Source of the DNA: Chloroflexota bacterium
GTDB taxonomy: Bacteria; Chloroflexota; Limnocylindria; Limnocylindrales; CSP1-4
Direction: 5' to 3'
Assembly (NCBI GenBank): GCA_005882635.1
Contig: VBFG01000041.1
Location: 18,529-82,528 of the forward strand
DNA: 64,000 bases
Each line of letters starts with the position of its first letter. Within the stretch, counting starts at the first letter, position 1. The notes below the pieces were generated by a model. The model ran no database searches. It saw only the letters and a program-made list of their open reading frames with translations, and was not told where the DNA came from. Of this stretch, positions 1 through 16,058 are shown piece by piece. The position numbers and the translations under genes were made by a program.

Positions 1-243
1 GTGAAATCGGACGACGTCCTCGGACGCGTCCAGACCTACGAAGCCATCGTGAAGGGGGAGGAGATCCAGCCGCCGCGCGTCCCCGAGTCCTTCAAGGTCC
101 TGATCAAGGAGCTGCGCAGCCTCGGGCTGAACGCCGAGATCCTCGATCAGAACGACGAAGAGATCCAGCTCGCCGAAGACGACGTCTCCGGCTACATGCT
201 TCCGGATCTTGGCGGGATCAACCTCGCCGGGTTCGAGGACTGA
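1..243 (+). CDS. rpoB: DNA-directed RNA polymerase subunit beta, C-terminal 80 aa (5' part lies upstream of window)
   Basis: ORF runs from window edge to TGA at 241-243; tail ...[35 protein letters not shown] is characteristic of the beta-subunit C-terminus; immediately followed by rpoC. Confidence 0.85.
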   Translation: MKSDDVLGRVQTYEAIVKGEEIQPPRVPESFKVLIKELRSLGLNAEILDQNDEEIQLAEDDVSGYMLPDLGGINLAGFED

Positions 244-350
244 CGGGAACCCTGTTTTCGCACCGGTCGGGTGGAGGCCCGACCGGATCGGCCTTGGTCG
301 TATGAGGCCGCACCGCGCCGCCGGGCCAGGCGGTGGCGCCGAGGAGAACC

Positions 351-4877
<4,527 letters not shown>

Positions 4878-4882
4878 ATCCG

Positions 4883-4910
4883 GGGCTCCCGGCCACCCGG
4901 TCGGGAGCCC
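4883..4910 (+). terminator. GC-rich hairpin (9-bp stem GGGCTCCCG/CGGGAGCCC, 10-nt loop) 6 nt after rpoC stop; no U-tract
   Basis: Perfect inverted repeat read directly from sequence; lack of T-run makes intrinsic termination uncertain. Confidence 0.3.
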
Positions 4911-4940
4911 GATCTGAACGGGGATTCGGGCCGAATCCGT

Positions 4941-4970
4941 TTGACACGGTTTTTCGGCCGCTGATAGACT
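4941..4970 (+). promoter_or_regulatory. sigma-70-like promoter candidate for str operon (TTGACA-N18-TAGACT)
   Basis: TTGACA at 4941-4946, 18-nt spacer, TAGACT at 4965-4970, about 160 nt upstream of rpsL GTG. Confidence 0.45.
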
Positions 4971-5131
4971 GCGCGATCGTGGCCTCGACAGGGGTCCGCG
5001 GTCGACCGCGCGTCGACCACCCGACGAGAACACCACCCCAGGAGGGTCCCGCGAGCTGACCGCTCGCGCCGCCGGCGACCTGCCGGTCGACCCCCGCCCA
5101 ACCGACAACCGACGAAAGGAGCAGCGTCTTC

Positions 5132-5560
5132 GTGCCGACGATCAGCCAGCTCGTGCGACACGGCCGCACGCGCAAGATCTCGAAGATCAAGGCGCCGGCC
5201 ATGCGCAAGAACTGGAACGGGATGGATCGCCGCCAGGTGTCGATCCCGGGCGCCCCGCAGAAGCGCGGCGTCTGTCTCCAGGTGCGAACGATGACGCCCA
5301 AGAAGCCGAACTCGGCCCTCCGCAAGATCGCCCGCGTCCGGCTGTCGAACCAGATGGAGGTCACGGCCTACATCCCGGGGATCGGCCACAACCTCCAGGA
5401 ACACTCCGTCGTCCTCGTCCGCGGTGGGCGGGTCAAGGACCTCCCGTCGGTCAAGTACCACATCATCCGCGGCACCCTCGACGCGGCCGGCGTCCGTGAC
5501 CGGAAGCAGGGCCGCAGCAAGTACGGTGCCAAGGCGTCGACCGGACCGGGGGCTCGCTAG
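5132..5560 (+). CDS. rpsL: 30S ribosomal protein S12
   Basis: [12 protein letters not shown]... conserved S12 N-terminus and [10 protein letters not shown] motif; GTG start. Confidence 0.95.
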   Translation: MPTISQLVRHGRTRKISKIKAPAMRKNWNGMDRRQVSIPGAPQKRGVCLQVRTMTPKKPNSALRKIARVRLSNQMEVTAYIPGIGHNLQEHSVVLVRGGRVKDLPSVKYHIIRGTLDAAGVRDRKQGRSKYGAKASTGPGAR

Positions 5561-5561
5561 C

Positions 5562-6029
5562 ATGCCGCGCCGCCAGTCGATCCCGCGGATGACGAAGTAC
5601 CACACGGAGCCGCCGAACCGTACGACCGCCCGCTTCACCGCCAAGCTCATGGCCAACGGCAAGCGGAATCTGTCGGATCGGATCCTCCGCCAGGCGCTCG
5701 CCCGCGCGGAGGCGACCGCCCACCGCCCCGGCCTCGAGGTCCTCGAGGCCGCGCTTCGCAACGCGACCCCGATCATCGAGGTCAAGCCGCGGCGCGTCGG
5801 CGGCGCGACCTACCAGGTCCCGGTCGAGATCCGCGGCGACCGACGCCTCTCGCTCGGTGTCCGCTGGCTCGTCCAGGCGGCCCGCAAGCGGAATGGCAAG
5901 AGCATGAGCGACAAGCTGGCCCAGGAGCTCGTCGACGCGATGAATGGCCTGGGCGCGGCGGTCAAGCGCCGCGAAGACACCCACAAGATGGCCGAGGCGA
6001 ACCGCGCCTTCAGCCACTTCAAGTGGTAA
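5562..6029 (+). CDS. rpsG: 30S ribosomal protein S7
   Basis: [17 protein letters not shown]... ends ...[10 protein letters not shown]; ATG 2 nt after rpsL stop; the ORF-track start 5424 is an upstream in-frame extension overlapping rpsL. Confidence 0.95.
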   Translation: MPRRQSIPRMTKYHTEPPNRTTARFTAKLMANGKRNLSDRILRQALARAEATAHRPGLEVLEAALRNATPIIEVKPRRVGGATYQVPVEIRGDRRLSLGVRWLVQAARKRNGKSMSDKLAQELVDAMNGLGAAVKRREDTHKMAEANRAFSHFKW

Positions 6030-6055
6030 TCACAGAAGGCGCAGGAACTCGAACC

Positions 6056-8131
6056 GTGGCTCGACACGTTCCGCTGGCACGCACGCGGAACATCGGAATC
6101 ATCGCGCATATCGACGCCGGCAAGACGACCGTGACCGAGCGGATCCTCTTCTACACGAAGAAGATCTACAAGATCGGCGAGGTCCACGAAGGCGCGGCAA
6201 CCATGGACTGGATGCCCCAGGAGCAGGAGCGGGGCATCACGATCACGGCTGCCGCGACGACGGCGTTCTGGGGCGACCATCGCATCAACATCATCGATAC
6301 GCCCGGGCACGTGGACTTCACCGTCGAGGTCGAACGGAGCCTCCGCGTGCTCGACGGCGCGGTCGTCGTCTTCGACGGCGTGGCCGGCGTCGAGCCGCAG
6401 TCCGAGACGGTCTGGCGGCAGGCCGACCGGTACGGCGTGCCGCGCTTCTGCTTCATCAACAAGCTCGACCGGACCGGCGCCGACTTCTGGCGCGGAGTCG
6501 AGTCGATCCGCGAGCGCCTCGGCGCCAACGCCGTGCCGATCCAGATCCCGATCGGTCGCGAGGACCAGTTCCAGGGCGTGGTCGACCTCGTCGAGATGAA
6601 GGCGATCTACTACCGTGACGACCTCGGCAACAAGATCGACGTCGTCGACATCCCGGCCGACCTCCAGGCCGAGGCCGACAAGCATCGCCACGTCATGATC
6701 GAGGCCGTCGCCGAGATGGACGACGAGCTCACCCACAAATACCTCGAGGGCGAGGAGCTGACCGTCGCCGAGATCAAGCGCGGCCTGCGCCTCGGCACCC
6801 TGACGACCCGGATCATCCCCGTCCTGACCGGCTCGGCGCTCCGCAACAAGGGCATCCAGAAGATGCTCGACGCCGTCGTCGACTACCTCCCGTCGCCGCT
6901 CGACGTCCCGCCGATGATCGGGGTCGACGTCCGGACCGGCGCGGAGGTCATCCGCACGCCGGACGACACCGAGCCCTTCAGCGCGCTCGCCTTCAAGATC
7001 GCCGCCGACCCGTTCGTCGGCAAGCTCGCCTTCTTCCGGGTCTACTCCGGCACGCTCAAGGCCGGGTCGTATGTGACGAACCCGACGAAAGGCAAGAAGG
7101 AGCGGATCGGCCGCATCCTCCAGATGCACGCCAACCACCGCGAGGAGATCGACGTGGTCTACGCCGGCGACATCGCCGCGGCCGTCGGCCTCAAGGACAC
7201 CTTCACCGGCGACACCCTGACCGACCCCGACCACCAGGTCATCCTGGAGTCGATGACCTTCCCCGAGCCGGTCATCGAGGTCAAGATCGAGCCGAAGACG
7301 AAGGCGGACCAGGACAAGCTCGCCGTCGCCCTCCAGCGGCTGGCCGAGGAGGACCCGACGTTCCGCGTCCACACCGACCCGGAGTCGGCCGAGACGCTCA
7401 TCGCCGGGATGGGCGAGCTCCACCTCGACGTCCTCGTCGACCGGATGGTCCGCGAGTTCAAGGTTGCCGCGAACATCGGCAAGCCGCAGGTCTCCTACCG
7501 CGAGACGATCCGGCGGGCGGCCGAGGGCAACGGTCGCCACGTTCGCCAGACTGGCGGCAAGGGCCAGTACGGCCACGCGGTGATCCGGATCGAGCCCCAG
7601 GAGAAGGGTGCCGGCTACGAGTTCGTCGACAAGATCGTCGGCGGCGTGATCCCGCGCGAGTACATCAAGCCGATCGACCAGGGGATCCAGGAGGCGCTCA
7701 ACACCGGGATCTACGCCGGCTACCCGGTGGTGGACGTCAAGGTCACCCTCTTCGACGGCTCGTACCACGAGGTCGACTCGTCGGAGATGGCCTTCAAGAT
7801 CGCCGGCTCACTGGCCGTGAAGGACGCCTTCAGCAAGGCCGACCCGGCGATCCTCGAGCCGATCATGCGGGTCGAGGTCACGATGCCCGAGGAGTTCATG
7901 GGCGACGTGATCGGCGACCTGAACAGCCGTCGCGGCCAGATCGAGGGCATGGAGTCGCGGGGGTCGACGCAGGTCGTCCGCGCGTTCGTCCCGCTCGCCC
8001 AGATGTTCGGCTACGTCACGGACCTGCGGTCGATGACCCAGGGCCGGGCGACGTCGTCGATGGAGTTCAGTCACTACGCCGAGGTCCCGGCCAGCCTGGC
8101 CTCGGAGCTCGTCCAGAAGTCGAAGGTCTAG
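6056..8131 (+). CDS. fusA: elongation factor G
   Basis: G-domain [17 protein letters not shown]; GTG 6056 ([15 protein letters not shown]) with AGGA 9 nt upstream; the ORF-track start 6023 overlaps the rpsG stop. Confidence 0.93.
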   Translation: MARHVPLARTRNIGIIAHIDAGKTTVTERILFYTKKIYKIGEVHEGAATMDWMPQEQERGITITAAATTAFWGDHRINIIDTPGHVDFTVEVERSLRVLDGAVVVFDGVAGVEPQSETVWRQADRYGVPRFCFINKLDRTGADFWRGVESIRERLGANAVPIQIPIGREDQFQGVVDLVEMKAIYYRDDLGNKIDVVDIPADLQAEADKHRHVMIEAVAEMDDELTHKYLEGEELTVAEIKRGLRLGTLTTRIIPVLTGSALRNKGIQKMLDAVVDYLPSPLDVPPMIGVDVRTGAEVIRTPDDTEPFSALAFKIAADPFVGKLAFFRVYSGTLKAGSYVTNPTKGKKERIGRILQMHANHREEIDVVYAGDIAAAVGLKDTFTGDTLTDPDHQVILESMTFPEPVIEVKIEPKTKADQDKLAVALQRLAEEDPTFRVHTDPESAETLIAGMGELHLDVLVDRMVREFKVAANIGKPQVSYRETIRRAAEGNGRHVRQTGGKGQYGHAVIRIEPQEKGAGYEFVDKIVGGVIPREYIKPIDQGIQEALNTGIYAGYPVVDVKVTLFDGSYHEVDSSEMAFKIAGSLAVKDAFSKADPAILEPIMRVEVTMPEEFMGDVIGDLNSRRGQIEGMESRGSTQVVRAFVPLAQMFGYVTDLRSMTQGRATSSMEFSHYAEVPASLASELVQKSKV

Positions 8132-8169
8132 CGGCCCGGAGGGGCAGGAGCCAGGGAGCAAGCAGAGAG

Positions 8170-9366
8170 ATGGCCAAGAAGAAGTTCGAGCGCACCAAGC
8201 CGCACGTCAACATCGGCACGATCGGCCACATCGACCACGGCAAGACGAGCCTGACCGCGGCGATCACGAAGTACCTCGCCCTGAAGGGCGAGGCCGAGTA
8301 CCGCGCCTTCGACACGATCGACAACGCCCCCGAAGAGCGCGAGCGGGGGATCACCATCGCGATCGCCCACGTCGAGTACGAGACCGACGCCCGCCACTAC
8401 GCCCACGTCGATTGCCCGGGCCACGCCGACTACATCAAGAACATGATCACCGGAGCGGCCCAGATGGACGGGGCGATCCTGGTCGTCGCCGCGACCGACG
8501 GGCCGATGCCCCAGACCCGCGAGCACATCCTCCTGGCCCGCCAGGTCGAGGTCCCCTACATCGTCGTCTTCCTCAACAAGGTCGACATGGTCGACGATCC
8601 GGAGCTCCTCGACCTCGTCGAGCTCGAGGTCCGCGAGCTCCTCTCCCGCTACCAGTTCCCTGGCGACGACCTGCCGGTCATCCGGGGCTCCGCCCTGAAG
8701 GCCCTCGAGGCATCGAACGACCCGGCCGACGCGGCGTACAAGCCGATCCAGGAGCTGATGGACGCGGTCGACGCCTACATCCCGACCCCCGAGCGGGCGA
8801 TCGACAAGCCCTTCCTGATGCCGGTCGAGGACGTCTTCGGCATCAAGGGCCGGGGGACGGTCGCCACCGGGCGCATCGAGCGGGGCATCGTCAAGGTCGG
8901 TGACGAGGTCGAGCTGATCGGGGTCAAGGCGACCCGCAAGGTCGTGGTGACCGGCGTGGAGATGTTCAAGAAGCTCCTCGACGAGGGCCGCGCCGGCGAC
9001 AACGTCGGCTGCCTGATCCGGGGCATCGAGCGCGAGGAGATCGAGCGCGGCCAGGTCCTGGCCAAGGCGGGCTCGGTCAAGCCCCATACCAAGTTCACGG
9101 CGCAGGTCTACGTCCTGACCAAGGAGGAGGGTGGCCGCCACACGCCCTTCTACAACGGCTACCGGCCCCAGTTCTACCTGCGGACGACCGACGTCACCGG
9201 CGCGATCGGGCTGCCCGAGGGCGCCGAGATGATCATGCCCGGCGACAACGTCGAAATGTCGGTCGACCTGATCACCCCGATCGCGCTCGAGGTCGGCCAG
9301 CGCTTCGCCATCCGCGAGGGTGGCCGGACCGTCGGCGCCGGCGCCATCGTGACGATCGTCGAGTAG
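8170..9366 (+). CDS. tuf: elongation factor Tu
   Basis: [32 protein letters not shown]..., DCPGHADY; 398 aa. Confidence 0.97.
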   Translation: MAKKKFERTKPHVNIGTIGHIDHGKTSLTAAITKYLALKGEAEYRAFDTIDNAPEERERGITIAIAHVEYETDARHYAHVDCPGHADYIKNMITGAAQMDGAILVVAATDGPMPQTREHILLARQVEVPYIVVFLNKVDMVDDPELLDLVELEVRELLSRYQFPGDDLPVIRGSALKALEASNDPADAAYKPIQELMDAVDAYIPTPERAIDKPFLMPVEDVFGIKGRGTVATGRIERGIVKVGDEVELIGVKATRKVVVTGVEMFKKLLDEGRAGDNVGCLIRGIEREEIERGQVLAKAGSVKPHTKFTAQVYVLTKEEGGRHTPFYNGYRPQFYLRTTDVTGAIGLPEGAEMIMPGDNVEMSVDLITPIALEVGQRFAIREGGRTVGAGAIVTIVE

Positions 9367-9373
9367 GAGCGAG

Positions 9374-9682
9374 ATGGCGAAGCAGCGGATCAGGATCCGC
9401 CTCAAGGCCTACGATCACCGGCTGCTCGATCAGTCGGCGGCACAGATCGTCGAGACGGCCCAGCGGACCGGCGCGGATGTCGTCGGGCCCGTGCCGCTGC
9501 CCACGCGCATCGAGAAGTTCACCGTGCTCCGCTCGCCCTTCATCGACAAGGACAGCCGGGAGCAGTTCGAGATCCGGACCCACAAGCGGCTCGTCGACAT
9601 CCTCGACCCGAGCAGCAAGACGGTCGACGCCCTGATGCGGCTCTCGCTCGCGGCGGGCGTCGACATCGAAATCAAGATGTGA
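9374..9682 (+). CDS. rpsJ: 30S ribosomal protein S10
   Basis: [19 protein letters not shown]...; starts 7 nt after tuf stop with no intervening promoter space. Confidence 0.95.
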   Translation: MAKQRIRIRLKAYDHRLLDQSAAQIVETAQRTGADVVGPVPLPTRIEKFTVLRSPFIDKDSREQFEIRTHKRLVDILDPSSKTVDALMRLSLAAGVDIEIKM

Positions 9683-9690
9683 TTGGCGAA

Positions 9691-10314
9691 ATGAGCATTG
9701 GTTTGATCGGGCGGAAGCTCGGCGTGACGCAGGTGTTCCAGGGCGACGGCACGATGGTCGCCGTCTCGGTCCTGGCCATCCAGCCGAACGTCGTGACCCG
9801 CCTCCGGACCGTCGAGCGCGATGGCTACACGGCCGTCCAGCTCGGGACGGACCCGGCCAAGCGGGTCACCAAGCCCGAAGCTGGCCAGCTGAAGGCGCTG
9901 CCGAAGGCCGCCCAGTCGCTCGCCACGCTGCGCGAGTTCCGCGTCGACAGCGTCGACGGCTATGAGCTCGGCCAGACCGTCGCGCTCGCCGACGTCTTCG
10001 CCGAAGGCGATCTCGTCGACGTGACGGGCGTCTCGAAGGGCAAGGGCTTCGCCGGCCAGATCAAGCGCCACAACTTCCGCCGCGGCCCGAAGACCCACGG
10101 CTCGGACCATCACCGCGAGCCTGGTTCGATCGGCCCCGGCACGACCCCGGGCCGCGTCTACAAGGGTCTCCGGATGGCCGGCCACATGGGCGACCAGCAG
10201 GCGACGATCAAGAAGGTGCGGGTCGTCCGCGCCGACCCGGACAAGAACCTCCTTCTCGTGAACGGCACGCTCCCGGGCGCGCGTGGCTCGCTGATCCTCG
10301 TGAAGAAGGCCTGA
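9691..10314 (+). CDS. rplC: 50S ribosomal protein L3
   Basis: [16 protein letters not shown]... ; ATG 9691 preferred over the GTG at 9679 that overlaps the rpsJ stop. Confidence 0.92.
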   Translation: MSIGLIGRKLGVTQVFQGDGTMVAVSVLAIQPNVVTRLRTVERDGYTAVQLGTDPAKRVTKPEAGQLKALPKAAQSLATLREFRVDSVDGYELGQTVALADVFAEGDLVDVTGVSKGKGFAGQIKRHNFRRGPKTHGSDHHREPGSIGPGTTPGRVYKGLRMAGHMGDQQATIKKVRVVRADPDKNLLLVNGTLPGARGSLILVKKA

Positions 10315-10316
10315 CG

Positions 10317-10940
10317 ATGCCGCAGACCACCCTCTACGACCGGACGGGCAAGAACGTCGGCAGCGTTGAGCTGGCCGATGCGCTGTTCGCCGCGCCGGTC
10401 AACGCGGCCGTCCTGCACCAGGTCGCGACGGCCCAGCTCGCCGGCCGGCGGGCGGGGACGCACGACACCAAGACCCGCGGCGAGGTTCGTGGCGGCGGCA
10501 AGAAGCCGTATCGCCAGAAGGGGACCGGCCGCGCCCGCCAGGGCTCCCGGACCGCCCCCCACTACCGCGGCGGCGGCGCGGTCTTCGGGCCGCACCCGCG
10601 GAGCTACGAGCAGCGCCTGCCGCGGAAGATGAAGCGCCTCGCCCTGCGCGGCGCGCTCACCGCGAAGCTCGGCGACGAGGCGATCAAGGTGATCGACGCG
10701 TTCGGGCTCGACGCGATCAAGACGCGCGACCTGGCCGGCGTCCTCGGGGCCCTCGAGGCCCACGGCCGCGTCCTCGTCGTCGCCCCTGCCCGCGACCAGA
10801 CGCTCGAGCTGTCGGCCCGCAACCTGCCGACCGTCGAGGTCATCCTGGCCGACTCGCTCAACGTCGTCGACCTGCTCAAGGCCGACGTCGTCCTGATCGA
10901 GCAGCCGGCCCTCGCCCGGATGGAGGAGGTGTACGCGTGA
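10317..10940 (+). CDS. rplD: 50S ribosomal protein L4
   Basis: Contains [17 protein letters not shown]4 signature. Confidence 0.95.
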   Translation: MPQTTLYDRTGKNVGSVELADALFAAPVNAAVLHQVATAQLAGRRAGTHDTKTRGEVRGGGKKPYRQKGTGRARQGSRTAPHYRGGGAVFGPHPRSYEQRLPRKMKRLALRGALTAKLGDEAIKVIDAFGLDAIKTRDLAGVLGALEAHGRVLVVAPARDQTLELSARNLPTVEVILADSLNVVDLLKADVVLIEQPALARMEEVYA

Positions 10941-11275
10941 GCGCGCTGACCGCCTCCGACATCATCCTGCGGCCCGTGATCAGCGAGAAGTCGATCGACG
11001 TGTCGACGATCGCCGACCGCAACCCCGGCGCCGGCAACAAGTACACGTTTGCCGTCCACCGCGACGCGAACAAGATCCAGATCAAGGCGGCGATCGAGGA
11101 GCTCTACGCCAAGGAGAAGGTCACCGTCGTCAGCGTCAACGTCCTGACGACGAAGGCCAAGGAGAAGCGGCGCGGCACCCGCCGCGGCCGAATCCTCGGC
11201 TGGACGACTCCGTGGCGGAAGGCGATCGTCACCCTGGCCCCCGGCCAGAAGATCACGTTCTTCGAGGGGGTCTGA
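10937..11275 (+). CDS. rplW: 50S ribosomal protein L23
   Basis: GTGA overlap with rplD; [11 protein letters not shown]... L23-like; position in S10 operon. Confidence 0.9.
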   Translation: MSALTASDIILRPVISEKSIDVSTIADRNPGAGNKYTFAVHRDANKIQIKAAIEELYAKEKVTVVSVNVLTTKAKEKRRGTRRGRILGWTTPWRKAIVTLAPGQKITFFEGV

Positions 11276-11276
11276 G

Positions 11277-12104
11277 ATGCCGCTCCGAAGCTACAAGGCG
11301 ACCTCGCCCGGGCGGCGGTTCATGACCCGCTCGACGTTCGAGGAGATCACGACCGACGAGCCGTACAAGCCGCTGCTCGAACCGCAGAAGCGGACCTCCG
11401 GGCGGAACAACGCCGGCCGGATGACCGTTCGCCACCGCGGCGGCGGCGAGAAGCAGCACTACCGCCGGATCGACTTCCGGCGCGACAAGATCGGCGTGCC
11501 GGCCCGCCTGGCGACGATCGAGTACGACCCGAACCGGTCGGCCCGGATCGGGCTGCTGTTCTATCGCGACGGTGAGAAGCGCTACATGCTCCTGCCGAAC
11601 GGCCTCCGGGTCGGTGACGTCGTCGTCTCCGGGCCCGACGCAGAGGCGCGAGTCGGCAACGCCCTGCCGCTCGCGAACATCCCGCTCGGCACGACGATCC
11701 ACAACATCGAGCTCGTCCCCGGTCGGGGCGGGCAGATCGTCCGGTCGGCCGGTGCCGCCGCCCAGCTCCTGGCCAAGGAGGGCGCCGACGCGACGGTCCG
11801 CCTGCCCTCGGGCGAGATGCGCCGGATCCCCATGCGCTGCATGGCCACGGTCGGCCAGGTCAGCAACCTCGACCACGAGAACCAGAGCCTCGGCAAGGCC
11901 GGGCGCGCCCGGCACCTCGGCCAGCGGCCCGAGGTCCGCGGCGTCGTGATGAACCCGCGCGACCATCCGCACGGCGGCGGGGAGGGCAAGTCCCCGACGG
12001 GCATGCCGCCCAAGACGCCGTGGGGCAAGCCCGCCATGGGCTACCGGACGCGGCGGGCCAAGACGACCGGGCGGTTGATCGTCCGCTCGCGCCACCGCAA
12101 GTAG
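11277..12104 (+). CDS. rplB: 50S ribosomal protein L2
   Basis: 275 aa, ...[21 protein letters not shown]... conserved L2 C-terminus. Confidence 0.96.
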   Translation: MPLRSYKATSPGRRFMTRSTFEEITTDEPYKPLLEPQKRTSGRNNAGRMTVRHRGGGEKQHYRRIDFRRDKIGVPARLATIEYDPNRSARIGLLFYRDGEKRYMLLPNGLRVGDVVVSGPDAEARVGNALPLANIPLGTTIHNIELVPGRGGQIVRSAGAAAQLLAKEGADATVRLPSGEMRRIPMRCMATVGQVSNLDHENQSLGKAGRARHLGQRPEVRGVVMNPRDHPHGGGEGKSPTGMPPKTPWGKPAMGYRTRRAKTTGRLIVRSRHRK

Positions 12105-12119
12105 GAAAGGAGGTCGGAG

Positions 12120-12404
12120 ATGTCCCGTTCCATCAAGAAGGGCCCGTTCATCGAGCTCCGCCTCCAGGGGCGGATCGAGGAGATGAACAAGCGCAACGAG
12201 AAGCGAGTCGTGAAGACCTGGTCACGCGCGTCGGTCATCTTCCCGTCGTTCATCGGCCACACGATCGCGGTCCACAACGGCAAGAAGCACGTCCCGGTCT
12301 ATGTGACCGAGAACATGGTCGGCCATCGCCTCGGCGAGTTCGCCCACACCCGCAACTACCGCGGGCACGGCAAGCACACCGAGCGATCGACGGCGCTGAA
12401 GTAG
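12120..12404 (+). CDS. rpsS: 30S ribosomal protein S19
   Basis: [15 protein letters not shown]...[23 protein letters not shown]. Confidence 0.96.
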   Translation: MSRSIKKGPFIELRLQGRIEEMNKRNEKRVVKTWSRASVIFPSFIGHTIAVHNGKKHVPVYVTENMVGHRLGEFAHTRNYRGHGKHTERSTALK

Positions 12405-12416
12405 GAGCCGACGATC

Positions 12417-12755
12417 GTGCGCGTATCCGCCACCGCCAAGTACCTCCGCGGCTCGACCCGCAAGGCCAGCCTCGTCGTCGCCGCCATCCGCGGCCGACCT
12501 GTCGAGGAGGCGACGGCCCTGCTCCGGTTCATGCCGCAGCACGCCGCGCGCGACGTCGAGCGCGTCCTGAAGAGCGCCACGGCCAATGCGGAGAACAACC
12601 ACAACCTGTCGGCCGAGGACCTGGTCGTCGCGGATGCCCAGGCGAACGAGGGCCCCACGATCAAGCGCTGGAGGCCGCGGGCCCAGGGTCGGGCGTTCCC
12701 GATCCACAAGCCCATGACCCACATCACGATCGTCGTCGCGGACCAGGAGGCCTGA
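12417..12755 (+). CDS. rplV: 50S ribosomal protein L22
   Basis: GTG start; ...RKASLVVAAIRGRPV... L22-like; operon position. Confidence 0.92.
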   Translation: MRVSATAKYLRGSTRKASLVVAAIRGRPVEEATALLRFMPQHAARDVERVLKSATANAENNHNLSAEDLVVADAQANEGPTIKRWRPRAQGRAFPIHKPMTHITIVVADQEA

Positions 12756-12756
12756 T

Positions 12757-13437
12757 ATGGGCAGGAAAGTCCATCCGTACGGCTTCCGCCTGGGTGTCTC
12801 GCGCACCTGGACCGCGAAGTGGTACGCGGACAAGGAGTACACGTCCCTCCTCAAGGAGGACATCACCATCCGCCAGCTCGTCGAGCGGCGCCTCGCCAAC
12901 GCGAGCGTGTCGGGCGTCGAGATCGAGCGGGGCATCAACCACGTCACCGTGACGATCCACACGGCGAAGCCGGGCATCGTCATTGGCAAGGGCGGCGCGA
13001 ACGTCGAGGTCCTCCGCCAGCAGATCGGCGGACTGACGAAGCGCCGGGTCAAGCTGGAGATCAAGGAGATCCGCCAGCCGGAGCTCGACGCCCACCTCGT
13101 GGCGATGAACATCGCCGGCCAGCTGACCCGCCGAATCGCGTTCAAGAAGGCGATGAAGCAGGCCATCCAGCGGTCGATGAAGGCCGGCGCCAAGGGCGTC
13201 CGGATCGCGGTCGCCGGCCGTCTCGGTGGCTCCGAGATGGGTCGCCGGGAGTGGGACCGCGAGGGGCGCATCCCGCTCGGGACCCTCCGCGCCGACATCA
13301 GCTATGGCCAGATCCACGCCCACACGACCTACGGCCGGATCGGCGTCAAGGTCTGGATCTACCGCGGCGATCTCGCTCCCGAGCGGCAGGCGCCGCGCGA
13401 GGCCGCGAGCCCGGCCGCCGTCGGGCAGGGGGGCTGA
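12757..13437 (+). CDS. rpsC: 30S ribosomal protein S3
   Basis: MGRKVHPYGFRLGVSRTWTAKWYADKEY... KH domain; 226 aa. Confidence 0.96.
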   Translation: MGRKVHPYGFRLGVSRTWTAKWYADKEYTSLLKEDITIRQLVERRLANASVSGVEIERGINHVTVTIHTAKPGIVIGKGGANVEVLRQQIGGLTKRRVKLEIKEIRQPELDAHLVAMNIAGQLTRRIAFKKAMKQAIQRSMKAGAKGVRIAVAGRLGGSEMGRREWDREGRIPLGTLRADISYGQIHAHTTYGRIGVKVWIYRGDLAPERQAPREAASPAAVGQGG

Positions 13438-13440
13438 CCG

Positions 13441-13878
13441 ATGCTGATGCCGCGACGCGTCAAGCACCGCAAGGTGATGCGCGGCCGGATGTCCGGGATG
13501 GCCAAGGGCGGCCACGCCGTGGCGTTCGGCGACTACGGCCTGGCCACCCAGGAGCCGGCGTGGATCACGAGCCGCCAGATCGAGGCCGCCCGGCGGGCGA
13601 TGACCCGATCGGTCAAGCGCGGCGGGAAGATCTGGATCCGGATCTTCCCCGACAAGCCTGCGACGAAGAAGCCGGCCGAGACGCGGATGGGCTCGGGCAA
13701 GGGCGCCCCCGACCACTGGGTCGCGGTCGTCCGGCCCGGCCGGATCCTGTTCGAGATGGCCGGCGTCGCCCACGACGAGGCCGTCGAGGCGATGCGGCTG
13801 GCGAGCCACAAGCTGCCGGTCGCGACGCGGGTCGTGACCCGCGACGGGGCGAAGGAGGCGGGCGATGGACATCGCTAA
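13441..13878 (+). CDS. rplP: 50S ribosomal protein L16
   Basis: [17 protein letters not shown]... L16 N-terminus. Confidence 0.95.
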   Translation: MLMPRRVKHRKVMRGRMSGMAKGGHAVAFGDYGLATQEPAWITSRQIEAARRAMTRSVKRGGKIWIRIFPDKPATKKPAETRMGSGKGAPDHWVAVVRPGRILFEMAGVAHDEAVEAMRLASHKLPVATRVVTRDGAKEAGDGHR

Positions 13879-14068
13879 GATCCGCGAGCTGTCCGACACC
13901 GAGCTCGAGAACGCCCTCCGCGAGGCGAAGCAGGACCTGTGGCAGGCCCGCTTCGCGCTCTCGACCAGGCAGCTGAAGGACTACAGCACGATCCCCCAGA
14001 CACGGCGAACGATCGCGCGGATCCTGACCGTGCAGCGCGAGCGCAAGCAGCTCGGCCGAACGGCGTGA
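13865..14068 (+). CDS. rpmC: 50S ribosomal protein L29
   Basis: 67 aa, ...[26 protein letters not shown]...; overlaps rplP end. Confidence 0.9.
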   Translation: MDIAKIRELSDTELENALREAKQDLWQARFALSTRQLKDYSTIPQTRRTIARILTVQRERKQLGRTA

Positions 14069-14081
14069 GTGAGATCGCGCG

Positions 14082-14498
14082 ATGACAGGAGCAACCTCCC
14101 CGGTGCAGAACAAACGGAAGACCAAGGCCGGTCGCGTCGTGAGCGACAAGATGGACAAGACGATCGTCGTGTCCGTCGAGCGCCTGGCGCGCCACCCCCT
14201 CTACAAGCGCGTCATCCGGCTGACGACGAAGTTCAAGGCCCACGACGAGGAGAACGACGCGCGCGTCGGCGACACGGTCCTCATCGAGGAGTCGCGGCCG
14301 CTGTCGGCGACGAAGCGCTGGCGGCTCATCCGCGTCGTCCAGCGGGCCGGCGAGCACGGCAGCCCTGCGGACATCGTGGCCGAGGAGGCCGAGACGTCCG
14401 AAGCGATCCACGCGGCGGCTCATCCGGGTCGGCGAAGCGCGACCGATGAGGTCCCCGAGGAGACGGCCGAGACCGCGACCGAGGAGGCGACGGCGTGA
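14082..14498 (+). CDS. rpsQ: 30S ribosomal protein S17 with ~50-aa acidic C-terminal extension
   Basis: ...[30 protein letters not shown]... S17 core; tail ...[38 protein letters not shown] not present in typical 85-90 aa S17. Confidence 0.9.
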   Translation: MTGATSPVQNKRKTKAGRVVSDKMDKTIVVSVERLARHPLYKRVIRLTTKFKAHDEENDARVGDTVLIEESRPLSATKRWRLIRVVQRAGEHGSPADIVAEEAETSEAIHAAAHPGRRSATDEVPEETAETATEEATA

Positions 14499-14863
14499 TC
14501 CAGCCCCAGTCGCGCCTCCGCGTCGCCGACAACACGGGCGCCCGCTCGATCCAGTGCATCCGGGTCATGGGCCGCTCGCTGAAAACGTCGGCCGGCGTCG
14601 GTGACGTGATCATCGCCAGCGTCAAGCAGGCGATCCCGAACGCCGCCGTCAAGAAGGGCGACGTCGTCCGGGCCGTCGTCGTCCGGACGTCGAAGGAGTA
14701 CGGCCGCCCCGACGGCAGCTACATCCGCTTCGACGAGAACGCCGCCGTCCTCATCAACAACCAGGGCAACCCGCGTGGCACCCGGATCTTCGGTCCGGTC
14801 GCCCGCGAGCTGCGGGATCGGAACTACATGAAGATCGTGTCCCTCGCCCCGGAGGTCCTGTGA
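14495..14863 (+). CDS. rplN: 50S ribosomal protein L14
   Basis: [16 protein letters not shown]... 122 aa; GTGA overlap with rpsQ. Confidence 0.96.
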   Translation: MIQPQSRLRVADNTGARSIQCIRVMGRSLKTSAGVGDVIIASVKQAIPNAAVKKGDVVRAVVVRTSKEYGRPDGSYIRFDENAAVLINNQGNPRGTRIFGPVARELRDRNYMKIVSLAPEVL

Positions 14864-15315
14864 TGGCCGTCCGGCAGCTCCAGCGGCGCGCCACCAAGGT
14901 GCCCGAGATCCGTCGCGGCGACACCGTCGTGGTCCTCACCGGCAAGGACGCCGGCAAGCGCGGCACGGTCGAGCGGATCGTCCGCAACCAGCAGGGCGCC
15001 AAGAAGACGCAGAGCAAGTACGGCAGCTCGTGGTCGACGATGTCGCCGGCCGCGTCGACGGCCGTCGTCGTCGAGGGCCTGAACATCGCCAAGCGCCACA
15101 CGAAGCCGCGCCAGAGCTCGAACACGACCGACCGGACGCCGAAGATCACCCAGGGCGGGATCCTCGACCTCGCCCAGCCGCTGGCGATCGGCAAGGTCAT
15201 GCTCGTCTGCACCCACTGCGACAAACCGACCCGGATCGCCCACAAGACGCTCGACAACGGACGCCGCGTCCGGGTCTGCCGCCACTGCGGCGAGCAGGTG
15301 GAGGTCCGGTCGTGA
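14863..15315 (+). CDS. rplX: 50S ribosomal protein L24 with C-terminal CxxC...CxxC zinc-ribbon-like extension
   Basis: KOW motif [18 protein letters not shown]; C-terminus ...[36 protein letters not shown]; GGAGG 7 nt upstream of ATG 14863 (GTG at 14860 also possible). Confidence 0.9.
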   Translation: MAVRQLQRRATKVPEIRRGDTVVVLTGKDAGKRGTVERIVRNQQGAKKTQSKYGSSWSTMSPAASTAVVVEGLNIAKRHTKPRQSSNTTDRTPKITQGGILDLAQPLAIGKVMLVCTHCDKPTRIAHKTLDNGRRVRVCRHCGEQVEVRS

Positions 15316-15854
15316 GCGGCCAGCTCCACGAGCGCTACCGGGCGGACGTCGTGCCGGCGCTCCAGAAGCAGTTCGAGTACGGCAACCCGATGGACGTCCC
15401 GGGGCTGTCGAAGATCGTCGTCAACATCGGCCTCGGCGAGTCCCTGACGAACGCGAAGGCGCTCGACGCGGCCGTCGGCGACCTGGGCATGATCACCGGC
15501 CAGCGGCCGATCGTGACGAAGGCCAAGCGGTCGATCGCCCAGTTCCGGGTCCGGGCCGGCAACACGATCGGAGCCAAGGTCACCCTCCGCGGCGAGCGGA
15601 TGTGGGACTTCTTCGAGCGGCTGACCATGCTCGCCCTGCCGCGGATCCGCGACTTCCGGGGCGTGCCCGGCAAGTCCTTCGACGGCCGCGGCAACTTCAG
15701 CCTGGGGCTTCGCGAGCAGCTCGCGTTCCCCGAGATCGAATACGACAAGGTGGACCGTCTCCGCGGGCTGGAGATCAGCATCGTGACGACGGCGAAGACC
15801 GACGAGGAGAGCAAGCGCCTGCTCGAGCTCCTCGGCATGCCGTTCGCCTCGTAG
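15312..15854 (+). CDS. rplE: 50S ribosomal protein L5
   Basis: GTG 15312 overlapping rplX stop; [43 protein letters not shown]...; the ORF-track start 15030 is an upstream extension through rplX. Confidence 0.93.
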   Translation: MSGQLHERYRADVVPALQKQFEYGNPMDVPGLSKIVVNIGLGESLTNAKALDAAVGDLGMITGQRPIVTKAKRSIAQFRVRAGNTIGAKVTLRGERMWDFFERLTMLALPRIRDFRGVPGKSFDGRGNFSLGLREQLAFPEIEYDKVDRLRGLEISIVTTAKTDEESKRLLELLGMPFAS

Positions 15855-15868
15855 GCGGGGAGGAGACG

Positions 15869-16054
15869 ATGGCCAAGAAGTCGATGATCGCCAAGGCAAG
15901 CCGCGAGCCGAAGTTCAAGGTCCGCGGCTACCACCGCTGCTTCGTGTGCGGGCGCTCGCGCGCCTACATGCGGCGGTTCGCCCTGTGCCGGATCTGCTTC
16001 CGGGAGCGCGCCCTGCTGGGCGAGCTGCCCGGCGTCACGAAGTCGAGCTGGTAG
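15869..16054 (+). CDS. rpsN: 30S ribosomal protein S14 type Z (zinc-binding, 61 aa)
   Basis: [46 protein letters not shown]...; AGGAG upstream; the ORF-track start 15602 is spurious. Confidence 0.93.
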   Translation: MAKKSMIAKASREPKFKVRGYHRCFVCGRSRAYMRRFALCRICFRERALLGELPGVTKSSW

Positions 16055-16058
16055 ACCG

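Noticed and set aside
5810-9405. Antisense ORFs 5810..7768 (-) and 8128..9405 (-) over fusA and tuf
   Set aside because: Overlap highly conserved EF-G/EF-Tu coding sequence; low-complexity translations.
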